From: an uncultured delta proteobacterium
GTDB lineage: Bacteria > Desulfobacterota > Binatia > Binatales > Binataceae
NCBI GenBank assembly: GCA_963794325.1
Contig: CAWCDG010000004.1
Coordinates: 32,001 to 96,000, forward strand
Direction of reading: 5' to 3'
Length of the DNA: 64,000 nt
The notes under the pieces are model-generated. The model was not told the DNA's origin. It saw only the letters and a list, made by a program, of their open reading frames with translations, and did no database searches. Made by a program: the position numbers and the translations under genes. Every line of letters starts with the position of its first letter. Positions within the stretch are counted from its first letter, which is position 1. Shown piece after piece: positions 1 to 9,296 of this stretch.

Positions 1-616
1 GAGCCTCGAATCTGGCCGCTATCGAGAAGCAGCAAGAGTAAGTTTGGAAAAAGTGGAAGTCTATCAATCGCCAAATCGCGACGGCGATAGCTACCATCGG
101 TATAAAGCGTCTTCGGCGGGCGGATCCGAGAGCCAGCAGAGTGGCGGGCCATATCAGGTAGAAATGCTCCTCGACCGCCAGTGACCAGAAATGTTCGGTG
201 TACCATCCTGCTGGAATCACAACGTAGTTGCGGGAAAAAAACAGGCTGCTTAGCCATTCGCAGGGAGTCACAACTATAAGGCCCGCGACCGCAAGCAGAC
301 CGATTGTCACCAGGTACGCAATCGCGGGCGGAAGAATCCTGAACGCTCGGTGGATGTAGAAGCTGCCGAGATTTATGCCGCCGGTTTTCCTGATTTCGTC
401 GAGCAGCCGGCCGCAAATTAGAAATCCGCTGATGCCAAAAAAGAGATCAACCCCGAATCTGCCATAAGTGCAAGCGGTGTATAGCGCGGGATTGGCGTAT
501 CGGCCACCAACCTGAAACAGCCCGCCGCCCGCATGGGACACCATCACCATTAGAATGGCGATCGCGCGCCATCCGTCGAGTGTCGGACGGTACGCGTAAG
601 AGCGTGTGTTATCCAG
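1..616 (-). CDS. Acyltransferase family 3 (OafA/YrhL-like O-acetyltransferase), runs off the window edge
   Basis: Manual minus-strand translation gives YRPTLDGWRAIAILMVMVSH, GVDLFFGISGFLI and HFWSLAVEEHFYLIWP, which are Acyl_transf_3 motifs. Absent from the ORF track. Start uncertain (CTG at 616). Confidence 0.85.
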   Translation of the reverse strand, partial: MDNTRSYAYRPTLDGWRAIAILMVMVSHAGGGLFQVGGRYANPALYTACTYGRFGVDLFFGISGFLICGRLLDEIRKTGGINLGSFYIHRAFRILPPAIAYLVTIGLLAVAGLIVVTPCEWLSSLFFSRNYVVIPAGWYTEHFWSLAVEEHFYLIWPATLLALGSARRRRFIPMVAIAVAIWRLIDFHFFQTYSCCFSIAARFEA

Positions 617-622
617 ACATCC

Positions 623-1357
623 TTATTGTCCTTCGGCTACAAAAGTGGCGTCGACTTGCAGGACTTCCCATCGGTCGCGATCGATAAAGCCGGGCGTAAT
701 TCCTACACAGCGAAACCCCGAGCCTACAATCCGGGCATAGAGATCGATAAAGGCAGGTGAATTTTCATAGAGCGGACATAGCGACATCTCGGTGTAAATT
801 ACGGTTACGCGAGGCAACGTCTGCGCCGCACCGTCCAGCACACTCCCTTCGAATCCCTGGACATCCATCTTTAGTGCGAACGCGCCATCGTATCCGGCGA
901 GGCTTGTTTCGACGAAATCGTCGAGCTTCAAAACATGAACGCTTTCCATTCCCGTGTATGCGGAAATCGGCAATGCTTCAACGTGACGTCGGAGCATCGG
1001 GAGAAGAGAAGAACTTTCGGAGTTGCCGGCGATGTTCATATCCGCGACGCCTTCCGCCGCACCTAGTGCACAACGCGGCGCGACGGACCATTGCTGGTAG
1101 CCACGAGCAGCCTCGGTGAGCATGGCATAGGGACCCGAAAGGGGTTCGAACGATACTATCGACCGCGCGCCAGCGCGAAGCATTCGCTGTGCGAATTGAC
1201 CTGTATTGGCGCCGACATCGAGTATCATCGCGGCACCGTAACGATCGCAGAGCTTCACCAGACGCCGGTCCGGGTCGTTGACTGGATCGTAACGGATAAC
1301 GTCCAGTCCGCACTGCCTAAGGAACTTGTGGATTGAGTGACGAACCCTATTGGACAT
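623..1357 (-). CDS. FkbM family SAM-dependent methyltransferase
   Basis: LDVGANTGQF SAM motif, SFEP, LKMDVQGFE. Confidence 0.9.
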   Translation of the reverse strand: MSNRVRHSIHKFLRQCGLDVIRYDPVNDPDRRLVKLCDRYGAAMILDVGANTGQFAQRMLRAGARSIVSFEPLSGPYAMLTEAARGYQQWSVAPRCALGAAEGVADMNIAGNSESSSLLPMLRRHVEALPISAYTGMESVHVLKLDDFVETSLAGYDGAFALKMDVQGFEGSVLDGAAQTLPRVTVIYTEMSLCPLYENSPAFIDLYARIVGSGFRCVGITPGFIDRDRWEVLQVDATFVAEGQ

Positions 1358-2468
1358 AGCTCAGGGCATCGCGAAGCGCCATTACATGAGAGACGCCAAG
1401 AAGATCTGACCTCACTGCCTCATAACGCTCCCAACTGACATCTGTCCGACAACACTCATCTACTGCTTCGAGAATCTTGTTCTGATCCAGGGATGAGCAC
1501 ACCGTTCCAATGCCGTACTCTTTCACGACTCGCGCCAGGCCACTATCTACTGGAGAATGAGCGAGGATAGGCCTCTGCGATTGTATGTAGGTCGTGAGTT
1601 TCGTAGGCAGGCTGGTTTTTCTGAAGACTTCGTATCGTGAGCCGTGGGGATACATCGCATAAAGGAAGTCACATTCGGCCAGGGATTCGATGGCTGCCGA
1701 TTCACACAGATCGCCACGGTCGTCGATTATATCTCCGTGGTCCGCCTGTACCTTTTCAAACTCGCGCGATCGACCTATCTTCAAGACTCTGACAGTCTTA
1801 CCCACCTTCTCGCCGTATGCCTTTAGAGCTTCGATGAATCGTCGAAATTCAAGCTCCCTATACACAGTCCCTATATGGCCCACCAATAGCAGACCTTCCC
1901 TTTGCTGGTAGGCGCTGGCAAACTTCTTCAGTTGCTTCACGTAGCGGAAGACTACCAACGATTTGATATCGGCCTGCTGCTGATAGAACTCGCGCATCCC
2001 TTCGCTCACCACGTCCACTGAAACGGCGGCCTTCAACAGTTGCGAAAATGCTTTCGACATGAACGGGACCAGATGCCGATAGCGCTTGGTCCGGGAAAAC
2101 AAGCATACGGGGTCGTCGTGAACTGTAACGTGAACTGGTTTGCCGCTCGCGGCCAGGTTCAAGCCCACTAATACGCCTTCGTCGGCCGCCACCACCCAAT
2201 ATAAGTCCGCGCTCATGCTGCGCGCGATTCTCTCAACTGCAGAAGAGCCACGATGGATCCACAACGTGCAGCTTCTCACCGCATCCTGCAGCAGCGGGCC
2301 ACCCATTAGCCGCGTGCCGAGGCAGTTATTCGTGTTCGAGATCGCGCCGTGCTTTTGCAGGTAATACCATTGAATATCCAACTCGGACAGTTCGGGAAGC
2401 AGACTCTTCAGCAGTGTTGCGCCGCCCCCGATGGTCGGTGGAAACGGGGTAAAAAGCGCTATGCGCAT
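1347..2468 (-). CDS. Glycosyltransferase (GT-B/GT4-like)
   Basis: N-terminal FPPTIGGG; VVSEGM; SLPTKLTTYIQSQRPIL; located in a polysaccharide operon. Confidence 0.7.
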   Translation of the reverse strand: MRIALFTPFPPTIGGGATLLKSLLPELSELDIQWYYLQKHGAISNTNNCLGTRLMGGPLLQDAVRSCTLWIHRGSSAVERIARSMSADLYWVVAADEGVLVGLNLAASGKPVHVTVHDDPVCLFSRTKRYRHLVPFMSKAFSQLLKAAVSVDVVSEGMREFYQQQADIKSLVVFRYVKQLKKFASAYQQREGLLLVGHIGTVYRELEFRRFIEALKAYGEKVGKTVRVLKIGRSREFEKVQADHGDIIDDRGDLCESAAIESLAECDFLYAMYPHGSRYEVFRKTSLPTKLTTYIQSQRPILAHSPVDSGLARVVKEYGIGTVCSSLDQNKILEAVDECCRTDVSWERYEAVRSDLLGVSHVMALRDALSYVQ

Positions 2469-3517
2469 TGACCTTTATACCGCTCGACGATTTCTCGACA
2501 AATCCCACCTAGATCAGTACTTACATGCCATTTTGGGTAATGCGTCCTCGCTTTCGTAAGATCGCTGTAGTAGCAAATGTGATCGCCACTTCTAGCTTCT
2601 TCGACGTAGTGCGATTTCATTGGTCGGCCCGTGATGTCCTCGATTATTCGAAACGCTTCGAGGATCGAACATGCGTTATCTTTGCCTCCACCCAGGTTGT
2701 ACACTTCGCCGCTCCTGGGCGCTCGCGAAAACTCCAGCATGAACTTAACTACGTCTCTCGAATGGAGGTTATCTCTTACTTGCTTGCCCTTATAACCAAA
2801 GACGGTGTACTCGCGACCTTCCAGATTGCACTTGACCAGGTAATTGAGAAAGCCATGGAGCTCGACCGCCGAGTGATTGGGTCCGGTAAGACATCCACCG
2901 CGCAGGCAGCAGGTGGGCTGATTAAAGTAGCGGCCATACTCCTGAACCATTATGTCCGACGCGAGCTTCGAAGCACCAAAGAGAGAATGCTTGCTCTGAT
3001 CTATTGGAAAGTCTTCCGCAATTCCGCCTTCGAAGGATGGGTCATCGTAGTCATAGCGCGTGCTCAGTTCCTTCATTGGAATTGAGTTAGGCCGGTCCCC
3101 GTACACCTTGTTGGTGGACATATGGATAAACGGTGCTTCGGAGCAATAACGCCGTGCCGCCTCCAAGAGGTGTAACGTACCGAGCGCATTGACTTCGAAA
3201 TCGACAAATGGGATTGCCGCGGCTCGGTCATGCGAAGGCTGGGCAGCAGTGTGGATTATAAGATTCGGTTTGATTTCTTTCACCAGAGCTAACAACGCCT
3301 GGCGATCGCGGATATCGAAATTCTCGTGCCGGTAGCCTTTGATTCGGCTGTGTAGGACTTCGAGGGTTCGGGTGGTATCGCCTTCAGGCCCAAAAAAAAC
3401 GGCCCGCTGGTTGTTATCGATCCCAACGATTCGGAACCCGTCCCCTGCAAAGAACAGGGAGGCTTCCGATCCGATCAAGCCGCAAGAACCGGTTATTAAG
3501 GCTAACTGTTGGGGCAA
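2459..3517 (-). CDS. NAD-dependent epimerase/dehydratase (CDP-paratose 2-epimerase-like)
   Basis: ITGSCGLIG Rossmann motif; HTAAQPSHD; STNKVYGD; GKQVRDNLH. Confidence 0.85.
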   Translation of the reverse strand: MPQQLALITGSCGLIGSEASLFFAGDGFRIVGIDNNQRAVFFGPEGDTTRTLEVLHSRIKGYRHENFDIRDRQALLALVKEIKPNLIIHTAAQPSHDRAAAIPFVDFEVNALGTLHLLEAARRYCSEAPFIHMSTNKVYGDRPNSIPMKELSTRYDYDDPSFEGGIAEDFPIDQSKHSLFGASKLASDIMVQEYGRYFNQPTCCLRGGCLTGPNHSAVELHGFLNYLVKCNLEGREYTVFGYKGKQVRDNLHSRDVVKFMLEFSRAPRSGEVYNLGGGKDNACSILEAFRIIEDITGRPMKSHYVEEARSGDHICYYSDLTKARTHYPKWHVSTDLGGICREIVERYKGQCA

Positions 3518-3518
3518 G

Positions 3519-5126
3519 TTAAGATTTCATCTCGGGCCGGCGAGTCACTCGCGCGACGAGTACGTCCGGCGAACTTCGCACTACATCGACTTGCATCCGG
3601 GAATCTCGGAGCAGCGCGGCCACCTGCGGGTCGCGAGGATCGACCACAAGATAGAACTCCCTATCCGGCGCGGCGTCCATCCACCACTGGATTCGTTCCC
3701 ATCGGCCATAGCGATGCATCAGCCAATCATCGTCTTCGAGCAACGGCACACTCTGTCGATGCGCGTAAATGCTAATCAGCTCCGGCATTCCGTTTATCAC
3801 CACCCCGCTCTGAGGAACCTCCTGCTCGGCCATCGCAATGTAGCTCGCCAGCTGTTCCTGGTCCTTTACGAATGCTGGATTTGCGCCGCGCATCAGCCGA
3901 TAGGAATAGCTCGCAAACGATGCGAGCGCGCTGATCGTCACGACCGCGAGCGCGGCGCGCGCCGGATGCGCTATCGACAAGCCGGCCGCGTGGACGACCT
4001 GCGTGAAGCCAACCAGGAACGCCATCACGATCAGCGGAAACAGCGGAAGCAACATCCGGGGTCCCAAATCGCGCAGATCCCAGGGCCAGATCAACATGAT
4101 CGCGAGACTCAGCGAGCCAAAGATCCACAGACATGCGTATCGGCGCAATCCCAGCCGCGCAAGCCGGACAATTCCCGCGATCAGCACCGCACAGACTGTC
4201 AGGTTGAAGGCCGCCGCCAACAGCGGAAACCGCGCATAGATACGCGCCGCCGGCGTGCTCCACAGTTCCGGCAGGACTATCGGAGGGAGCACATCGTTAA
4301 GTCCCCGGAAATTTTTCATCGTGCGCCAGATTCCCGCTTGAGGCGTGGACCATACGGCCGCGAACTCGCTGCGATACGATGCCGAATCGGCCGGGCCATG
4401 GGCGTGTCCGACGACGATACTGATTGAGACCATCAGCAGCAGAAATCCGGCGACTGAGGCGACGATCGCGGTCTTGCGCCGCGGCAGGAGTGCGGCCTGC
4501 GCGATCAGCGCGGGAAAAACTGCGATGCCGTTGCCGCGCACGCAGAAGCAGATCGCCGCGAGCGCGCCGCCGGCGAGAAATATCGGCGCCGGATAGCGCG
4601 TCGCAATCCTCCAACTGCTGATCGCGAGTAGCAGCACCGCCAGCGCCAGCGCGGAATACAAAGTGTCGCTCATTATCGTACTGGAAGACGCGATCATCGT
4701 CGGATGAAGCGAGATGGCCGCCACCGTTAACAGCGCGTAGACGGGCGGCATTTTGAGCTGCAGCAGCAGGAGCCACGAGAGATACAAGAAGACCGCGGCG
4801 GAGACTGCGACCAAAATTCGGGCGCTTTGGATGTCGGAAGCGAGACCGCTTTGCCCCGGTATCAGCTTCATCGCGACCGCCAGGGCGAGCGGGAAACCTG
4901 GAGGATATTTCCTCGCGATCGGATCGCCCGGCCTGCTCGGAAGCCGATAGCCGTGGCCGTCGCGAATTGATTGTGCGGTGACCAGGTAGATGCCGTCGTC
5001 ACGGACGCGCCCGACGTATCCCCGGTTCAGACGCGCGATCCCGAAGCTCCAAACCGCGAGGTACGCAAGCAGAACCCATCCAAGCCGACGCCTCGCTCGC
5101 ATCGACTCAGTTGCGTGCCACACCAA
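3519..5126 (-). CDS. Polytopic membrane protein, probable GT-C fold (ArnT/PMT-like) glycosyltransferase
   Basis: Many TM segments; DD motif after the first TM (RDDGIY); YPPGFP; R-x-LLP (PRMLLPL) late in the protein. Confidence 0.6.
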   Translation of the reverse strand: MVWHATESMRARRRLGWVLLAYLAVWSFGIARLNRGYVGRVRDDGIYLVTAQSIRDGHGYRLPSRPGDPIARKYPPGFPLALAVAMKLIPGQSGLASDIQSARILVAVSAAVFLYLSWLLLLQLKMPPVYALLTVAAISLHPTMIASSSTIMSDTLYSALALAVLLLAISSWRIATRYPAPIFLAGGALAAICFCVRGNGIAVFPALIAQAALLPRRKTAIVASVAGFLLLMVSISIVVGHAHGPADSASYRSEFAAVWSTPQAGIWRTMKNFRGLNDVLPPIVLPELWSTPAARIYARFPLLAAAFNLTVCAVLIAGIVRLARLGLRRYACLWIFGSLSLAIMLIWPWDLRDLGPRMLLPLFPLIVMAFLVGFTQVVHAAGLSIAHPARAALAVVTISALASFASYSYRLMRGANPAFVKDQEQLASYIAMAEQEVPQSGVVINGMPELISIYAHRQSVPLLEDDDWLMHRYGRWERIQWWMDAAPDREFYLVVDPRDPQVAALLRDSRMQVDVVRSSPDVLVARVTRRPEMKS

Positions 5127-6345
5127 GCTGTTCGTAAATGGGAATCAGTTCGCGCGCCATCCGCGCACGAGCGAAGCGATTCTCCGCGGTCTTGCGCGCC
5201 GCCACACCGAGTTGCGCTCTTAGCGGAGCGGCGCTCGCAAGTTGACGGATCGAATCGGCCAGCGCAGCCGCGTCACCCGGCGCGATCGCGATTGCGTCCT
5301 GCCCCGGCGTCACGATTTCAAGCGCGCCGCCGGTCGCCGTCGTGATCACGGCTTTCCCGCACGCCATCGATTCCGCGATCACACGCCCGAAAGGTTCGGG
5401 ACTGGTGCTGGCGTGGACGACGATATCGAGTGCGCGAATGGCCGCCGCCGGATCGTCGACGAAGCCCGTGAACCCAACATTGCCGTTGAGCGAGAGCCCG
5501 TCGGCGACGCGTCGCAGCTGCGCTATGTCCGCCTGGCTCCCGCGCGTGCTGTAGAGGCTCCCGCCGATGACGTACCCGCGCACCGGCAACTCGCCCGGGA
5601 GCATCGCAAGCGCGCGAAGAAAAATTTCGTGGCCCTTCCACTGCGCCATCGTGGCGAGCAAACCGACTCGCACGACCGCGCCCTTTGGCCGGATCAGCGC
5701 CGCCAATGCGTCGAGATCGGCGGACGCGCCGGCAGGGTTGAACGCCTCGAGGTCGATGCCGTTGTGAATCGGCACGATCTTACGAATCCGCGGACACGCC
5801 GCGCGCAAGTCGTCGGCGACGCTACGCGAATTCGTCACCGCGACCGCACATCGCCGCGAGTGCATCGCGAGCAGCCGCGACATCGCCGGCCGCTGTCCCA
5901 CGTAGTCACGCACGTGCCAGATAATCGGCACCGATTTCGGCGCCGCCCACGCGGCCAGGATGTGCGTTTTGAACCCGTTGGAATGCACGAGGTCGGGATG
6001 CTCCGCCGAAATCGCCGAGCGCAGGGCCGGCACATGCGCCATCGCCGCGATTCCAGCGCGGCCAAGTCCCGCGACAAACCTCGCGGTGCGCATCGCGCCG
6101 CCCGACGTATTCGCCGACGTATTGGCGATTGCAGAATCGCCGAATTCCGCAAACGCCGCTGGATACTCGATTGCGCTGGCCGCGACTCCGATGTCCCGCG
6201 CAGCTTTAAGCAGAGGACCGTCTTCACCTGCTATCAGCGACAGTTGCCAATCCGGCCGGAGCGCGCGCATCTCGGTCATGAGGTCGAGGAGACTGCGCTC
6301 GGCACCGCCCAACTGCGCTTTCGGATTGAGGTAGAGAATCTTCAC
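5107..6345 (-). CDS. Glycosyltransferase family 4
   Basis: GGAERSL, WKGHE, EPFGRVIAESMACG motifs. Confidence 0.9.
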   Translation of the reverse strand: MKILYLNPKAQLGGAERSLLDLMTEMRALRPDWQLSLIAGEDGPLLKAARDIGVAASAIEYPAAFAEFGDSAIANTSANTSGGAMRTARFVAGLGRAGIAAMAHVPALRSAISAEHPDLVHSNGFKTHILAAWAAPKSVPIIWHVRDYVGQRPAMSRLLAMHSRRCAVAVTNSRSVADDLRAACPRIRKIVPIHNGIDLEAFNPAGASADLDALAALIRPKGAVVRVGLLATMAQWKGHEIFLRALAMLPGELPVRGYVIGGSLYSTRGSQADIAQLRRVADGLSLNGNVGFTGFVDDPAAAIRALDIVVHASTSPEPFGRVIAESMACGKAVITTATGGALEIVTPGQDAIAIAPGDAAALADSIRQLASAAPLRAQLGVAARKTAENRFARARMARELIPIYEQLGVARN

Positions 6346-6365
6346 GCGCGGCGTATGCGTTTGCG

Positions 6366-9236
6366 CTATTGAGACTGACTTCCCGCTTGCGCCGGGACGG
6401 CATTGGCGAATTTTTTGTGGAAATCATCGGCGGTGGTTCTGTACGTCTCGTTGCCCGGCTCGAGTTTCGCCGCTCGCGCGTACGCCTTGTCGGCGCCGGC
6501 GTAGTCGTATGCATGCTCGTCCGCGTTGGCCAGCGAGTAGTATGCGAGCGCGGAATCCGGCCGCAACTGGATCGCTTTGGTCAGCATGATCACCTGTTGA
6601 TTGAAGTCGCCATTCTCGCCGTAGAGATTGCCGAGACGCATCGTCAGGTCGAAAGAGTCCGGATGCTCGACGGCGATTTTTTTGATTGCGTCGATCGCAG
6701 ACGGCAAGTCGCCCATGGTTTGCGCCGCGCCCGCCAGCAGTGACTGCATCTCGTAGCTGTCGATTCCGTTGTCGATCGCCTGCGCGACCGTACGTTTGAT
6801 GCCGGCGATGTCCTTCTGCGGCGCATACACATTCAACGCCAATGCGTAATACGCGCCCGGTTGGTCGGACTCGACTGCGATCGCCTGTTCGAGCAGGGAC
6901 TGCGCGCGTTTGAAATCGCGGCCTCGCGACGCAGCCGCCGCCGCGCTCAGCAGATACTGATACTGCTGATGAGAATCGCGCGCGTGTTGCGCCGCGCCGG
7001 CGTAGATCGAGGCTTCGTCGGAATATTTTCCAACCCCGTCGTAGAAGGCCGCCGCCGCCGACAGCGCGCCGGGCACCTGCTCCGCCGTAGCCCGCGCGAT
7101 CCCCCGTTCGATCGCGCCGCGTTCATCCGGCGACAACCACACCATGACGCGATCCGACATATAAGGATGGGTATTCGGCGCCGGCGAATTGTACACCGAC
7201 AGCTCAATCTGCTTGAGCGCGTCGCCGTCCATCCCAGCTCCGGCGAGTTCGCGCATGTAAGCGTCGCGCGTGTACGGACTCATCGGGTCGAGCACAAGCG
7301 CGATTCCTCTCTCGCGCAGGCGGTCTGCCAGCGTCATGCGAGCGCCTAGGGAGTCCGCCGTCGCTTCATGCGAATAGGTGTTGGCGGGATATAGCAGCAG
7401 CATCGATTTCGCCTGCGCGGCCGAAGTCGGCGGCACCAGATTGTACGGATACGCGATCGAGGGCTGTATGAACGTCGCCATCAGCAGGCAGACCGCCGCA
7501 ATCGGCACCCACATTCGCGCATACCAGGCGCGCGGGCGCTGGAATTCGTCGGCGTCGTCGTCGACAGTCCAGGCCCACGAAACCCTGACCGCCAGCCCGA
7601 GGATTATCGCGAAGAAAAAAGCGATCGCCGGAATCTGCAAATCGAAATCGAAAAACTCAATGACGCACATCACCGCGAGCCCCGTCACCAGCCCGGCCTC
7701 TATCGGTACGATTCCCGCCGGCAGTTGCACGAACCTGCGATAGATGAAAGTGCAGGCGCGCAGAAGGAACCACGCGGCCAACACCACCCCGACTATCCCG
7801 GTCTCAGCGATCAGTTGCAGGTAGTCGTTGTGCGCTTCTGAAAAATACAGCTCCGACCACGGCCGCGCGCGGTATCGCGTGAACAGCTCGGGCCAGGTGC
7901 GTAGTCCGATGCCCGCCACCGGAAAATCCTCGGCCATCTTGAGTCCGTCCGACCACGCGCTAATCCGGTTCGGGTTGCCGGCATCGAGGTCAAGAGAATT
8001 CTGGACGCGCTCGGTCACCTGGCCCCGCCCGCTGGCGCCGATGAACAGCATCGCGAGCACCAGCATGCACGCCGCTCCGGCCAGCGCGATTTGTCGCGAG
8101 CGCGCCGGACGCTCGATGCCCTCCCCTCTGCGCGAGGTCAGAATCATCACCAGCGCGACGCCGAGCGCAAGGCCGATCCAGCCGGCGCGTGACTGGCTCA
8201 GAATAATCGCGGCCATCAGCACGAACGAGGTTACGCCGCATCCGATCCGGTACCCGTTCGACCATCGCGCAGATACCAGCGGGCTGCCGAAGAACGTCCC
8301 GGAAATCGCCAGCGGAAAAATCATCGCGAGGAAGCCGGCGAAATGATCGGGATCGACAAAGGGACCGCTGGCGCGCGGCACGACGTCGAGCATCGGCGCG
8401 CCCCAATCGAGCGGCACGAAGAACCAGAGAATCCTGCCGTTCCAGGTTGCCTGCTGAAGCAATCCAATGGTCGCGATGCCCAATCCCACCGCGAGAAAAA
8501 CCGTCACCAATCCGCCGACCAACCAATCGCGCTCGACCTTCGAAGCGAACGGGCCGATCGGGACGAACGCAACCAGCATGAAAAGCGCCGCGCATGCCGC
8601 AAACAATAGCAGTCCCGACCACGACAGTACCGGCGCGATAGAAAGGGGCCGCCATCGCGTCGAGTAAATTTTCGAGAGCCACTCCGAGCTTCGATCCGGA
8701 TAACTGGCGCCGGCATTGTTACCCTCTTCGACGGCCGCGGTCGGCGGTTTCGGCGCGAATGGAATCGCCGCTCCTGCTTTCACCTCAGCGAGCGTCGGCA
8801 GCACGACGGCGCCGGCGTGGGTCAACGCAGGCTCAGCGGTTTCCGGCTTGATCGAGCCTTCCAGTCCGGTGTACGGCGCGCTTTCAGGCCATCCGGGAAA
8901 AACCTGCTCGTACAGTCTGTACGTCGAAGGCGACAGAACATGAATCGCCGCCGGCGGGAGTGGCAGCAACTGCAGCAGCGCAAACGCGAGAAACGCCACG
9001 ATCGGAATAGCAAACGTTCGAATCTGCAATCCGAGTTCCGCGGGGTACCCGTCGCGCGATGCGCGCCCGAACGGCCACATCAGCAGGAGCGCGAACGCCT
9101 CCGCTTCGCCGATTTTGTAGGCCCACGGATGTACCGCGCCGAACGCCAGCGGCATGAACACCGCAAGGAAGACGATGCCGCCCACCAGCAGCACTCGGCG
9201 CCTGCGGTGATCGTGCACGCGACTCGATTCGCTCAT
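6366..9236 (-). CDS. O-antigen ligase/polymerase family protein with C-terminal TPR region
   Basis: GPFVDPDHFAGFL, SQSRAGW and AHNDYLQ (Wzy_C) motifs; Ala/Tyr-rich helical TPR-like repeats in the C-terminal part. Confidence 0.85.
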   Translation of the reverse strand: MSESSRVHDHRRRRVLLVGGIVFLAVFMPLAFGAVHPWAYKIGEAEAFALLLMWPFGRASRDGYPAELGLQIRTFAIPIVAFLAFALLQLLPLPPAAIHVLSPSTYRLYEQVFPGWPESAPYTGLEGSIKPETAEPALTHAGAVVLPTLAEVKAGAAIPFAPKPPTAAVEEGNNAGASYPDRSSEWLSKIYSTRWRPLSIAPVLSWSGLLLFAACAALFMLVAFVPIGPFASKVERDWLVGGLVTVFLAVGLGIATIGLLQQATWNGRILWFFVPLDWGAPMLDVVPRASGPFVDPDHFAGFLAMIFPLAISGTFFGSPLVSARWSNGYRIGCGVTSFVLMAAIILSQSRAGWIGLALGVALVMILTSRRGEGIERPARSRQIALAGAACMLVLAMLFIGASGRGQVTERVQNSLDLDAGNPNRISAWSDGLKMAEDFPVAGIGLRTWPELFTRYRARPWSELYFSEAHNDYLQLIAETGIVGVVLAAWFLLRACTFIYRRFVQLPAGIVPIEAGLVTGLAVMCVIEFFDFDLQIPAIAFFFAIILGLAVRVSWAWTVDDDADEFQRPRAWYARMWVPIAAVCLLMATFIQPSIAYPYNLVPPTSAAQAKSMLLLYPANTYSHEATADSLGARMTLADRLRERGIALVLDPMSPYTRDAYMRELAGAGMDGDALKQIELSVYNSPAPNTHPYMSDRVMVWLSPDERGAIERGIARATAEQVPGALSAAAAFYDGVGKYSDEASIYAGAAQHARDSHQQYQYLLSAAAAASRGRDFKRAQSLLEQAIAVESDQPGAYYALALNVYAPQKDIAGIKRTVAQAIDNGIDSYEMQSLLAGAAQTMGDLPSAIDAIKKIAVEHPDSFDLTMRLGNLYGENGDFNQQVIMLTKAIQLRPDSALAYYSLANADEHAYDYAGADKAYARAAKLEPGNETYRTTADDFHKKFANAVPAQAGSQSQ

Positions 9237-9296
9237 TGAATTTTCGCGCAGGATGCTCGAACCAATCGAGCGGCGACGGCCTTTTAAATCCGGACG

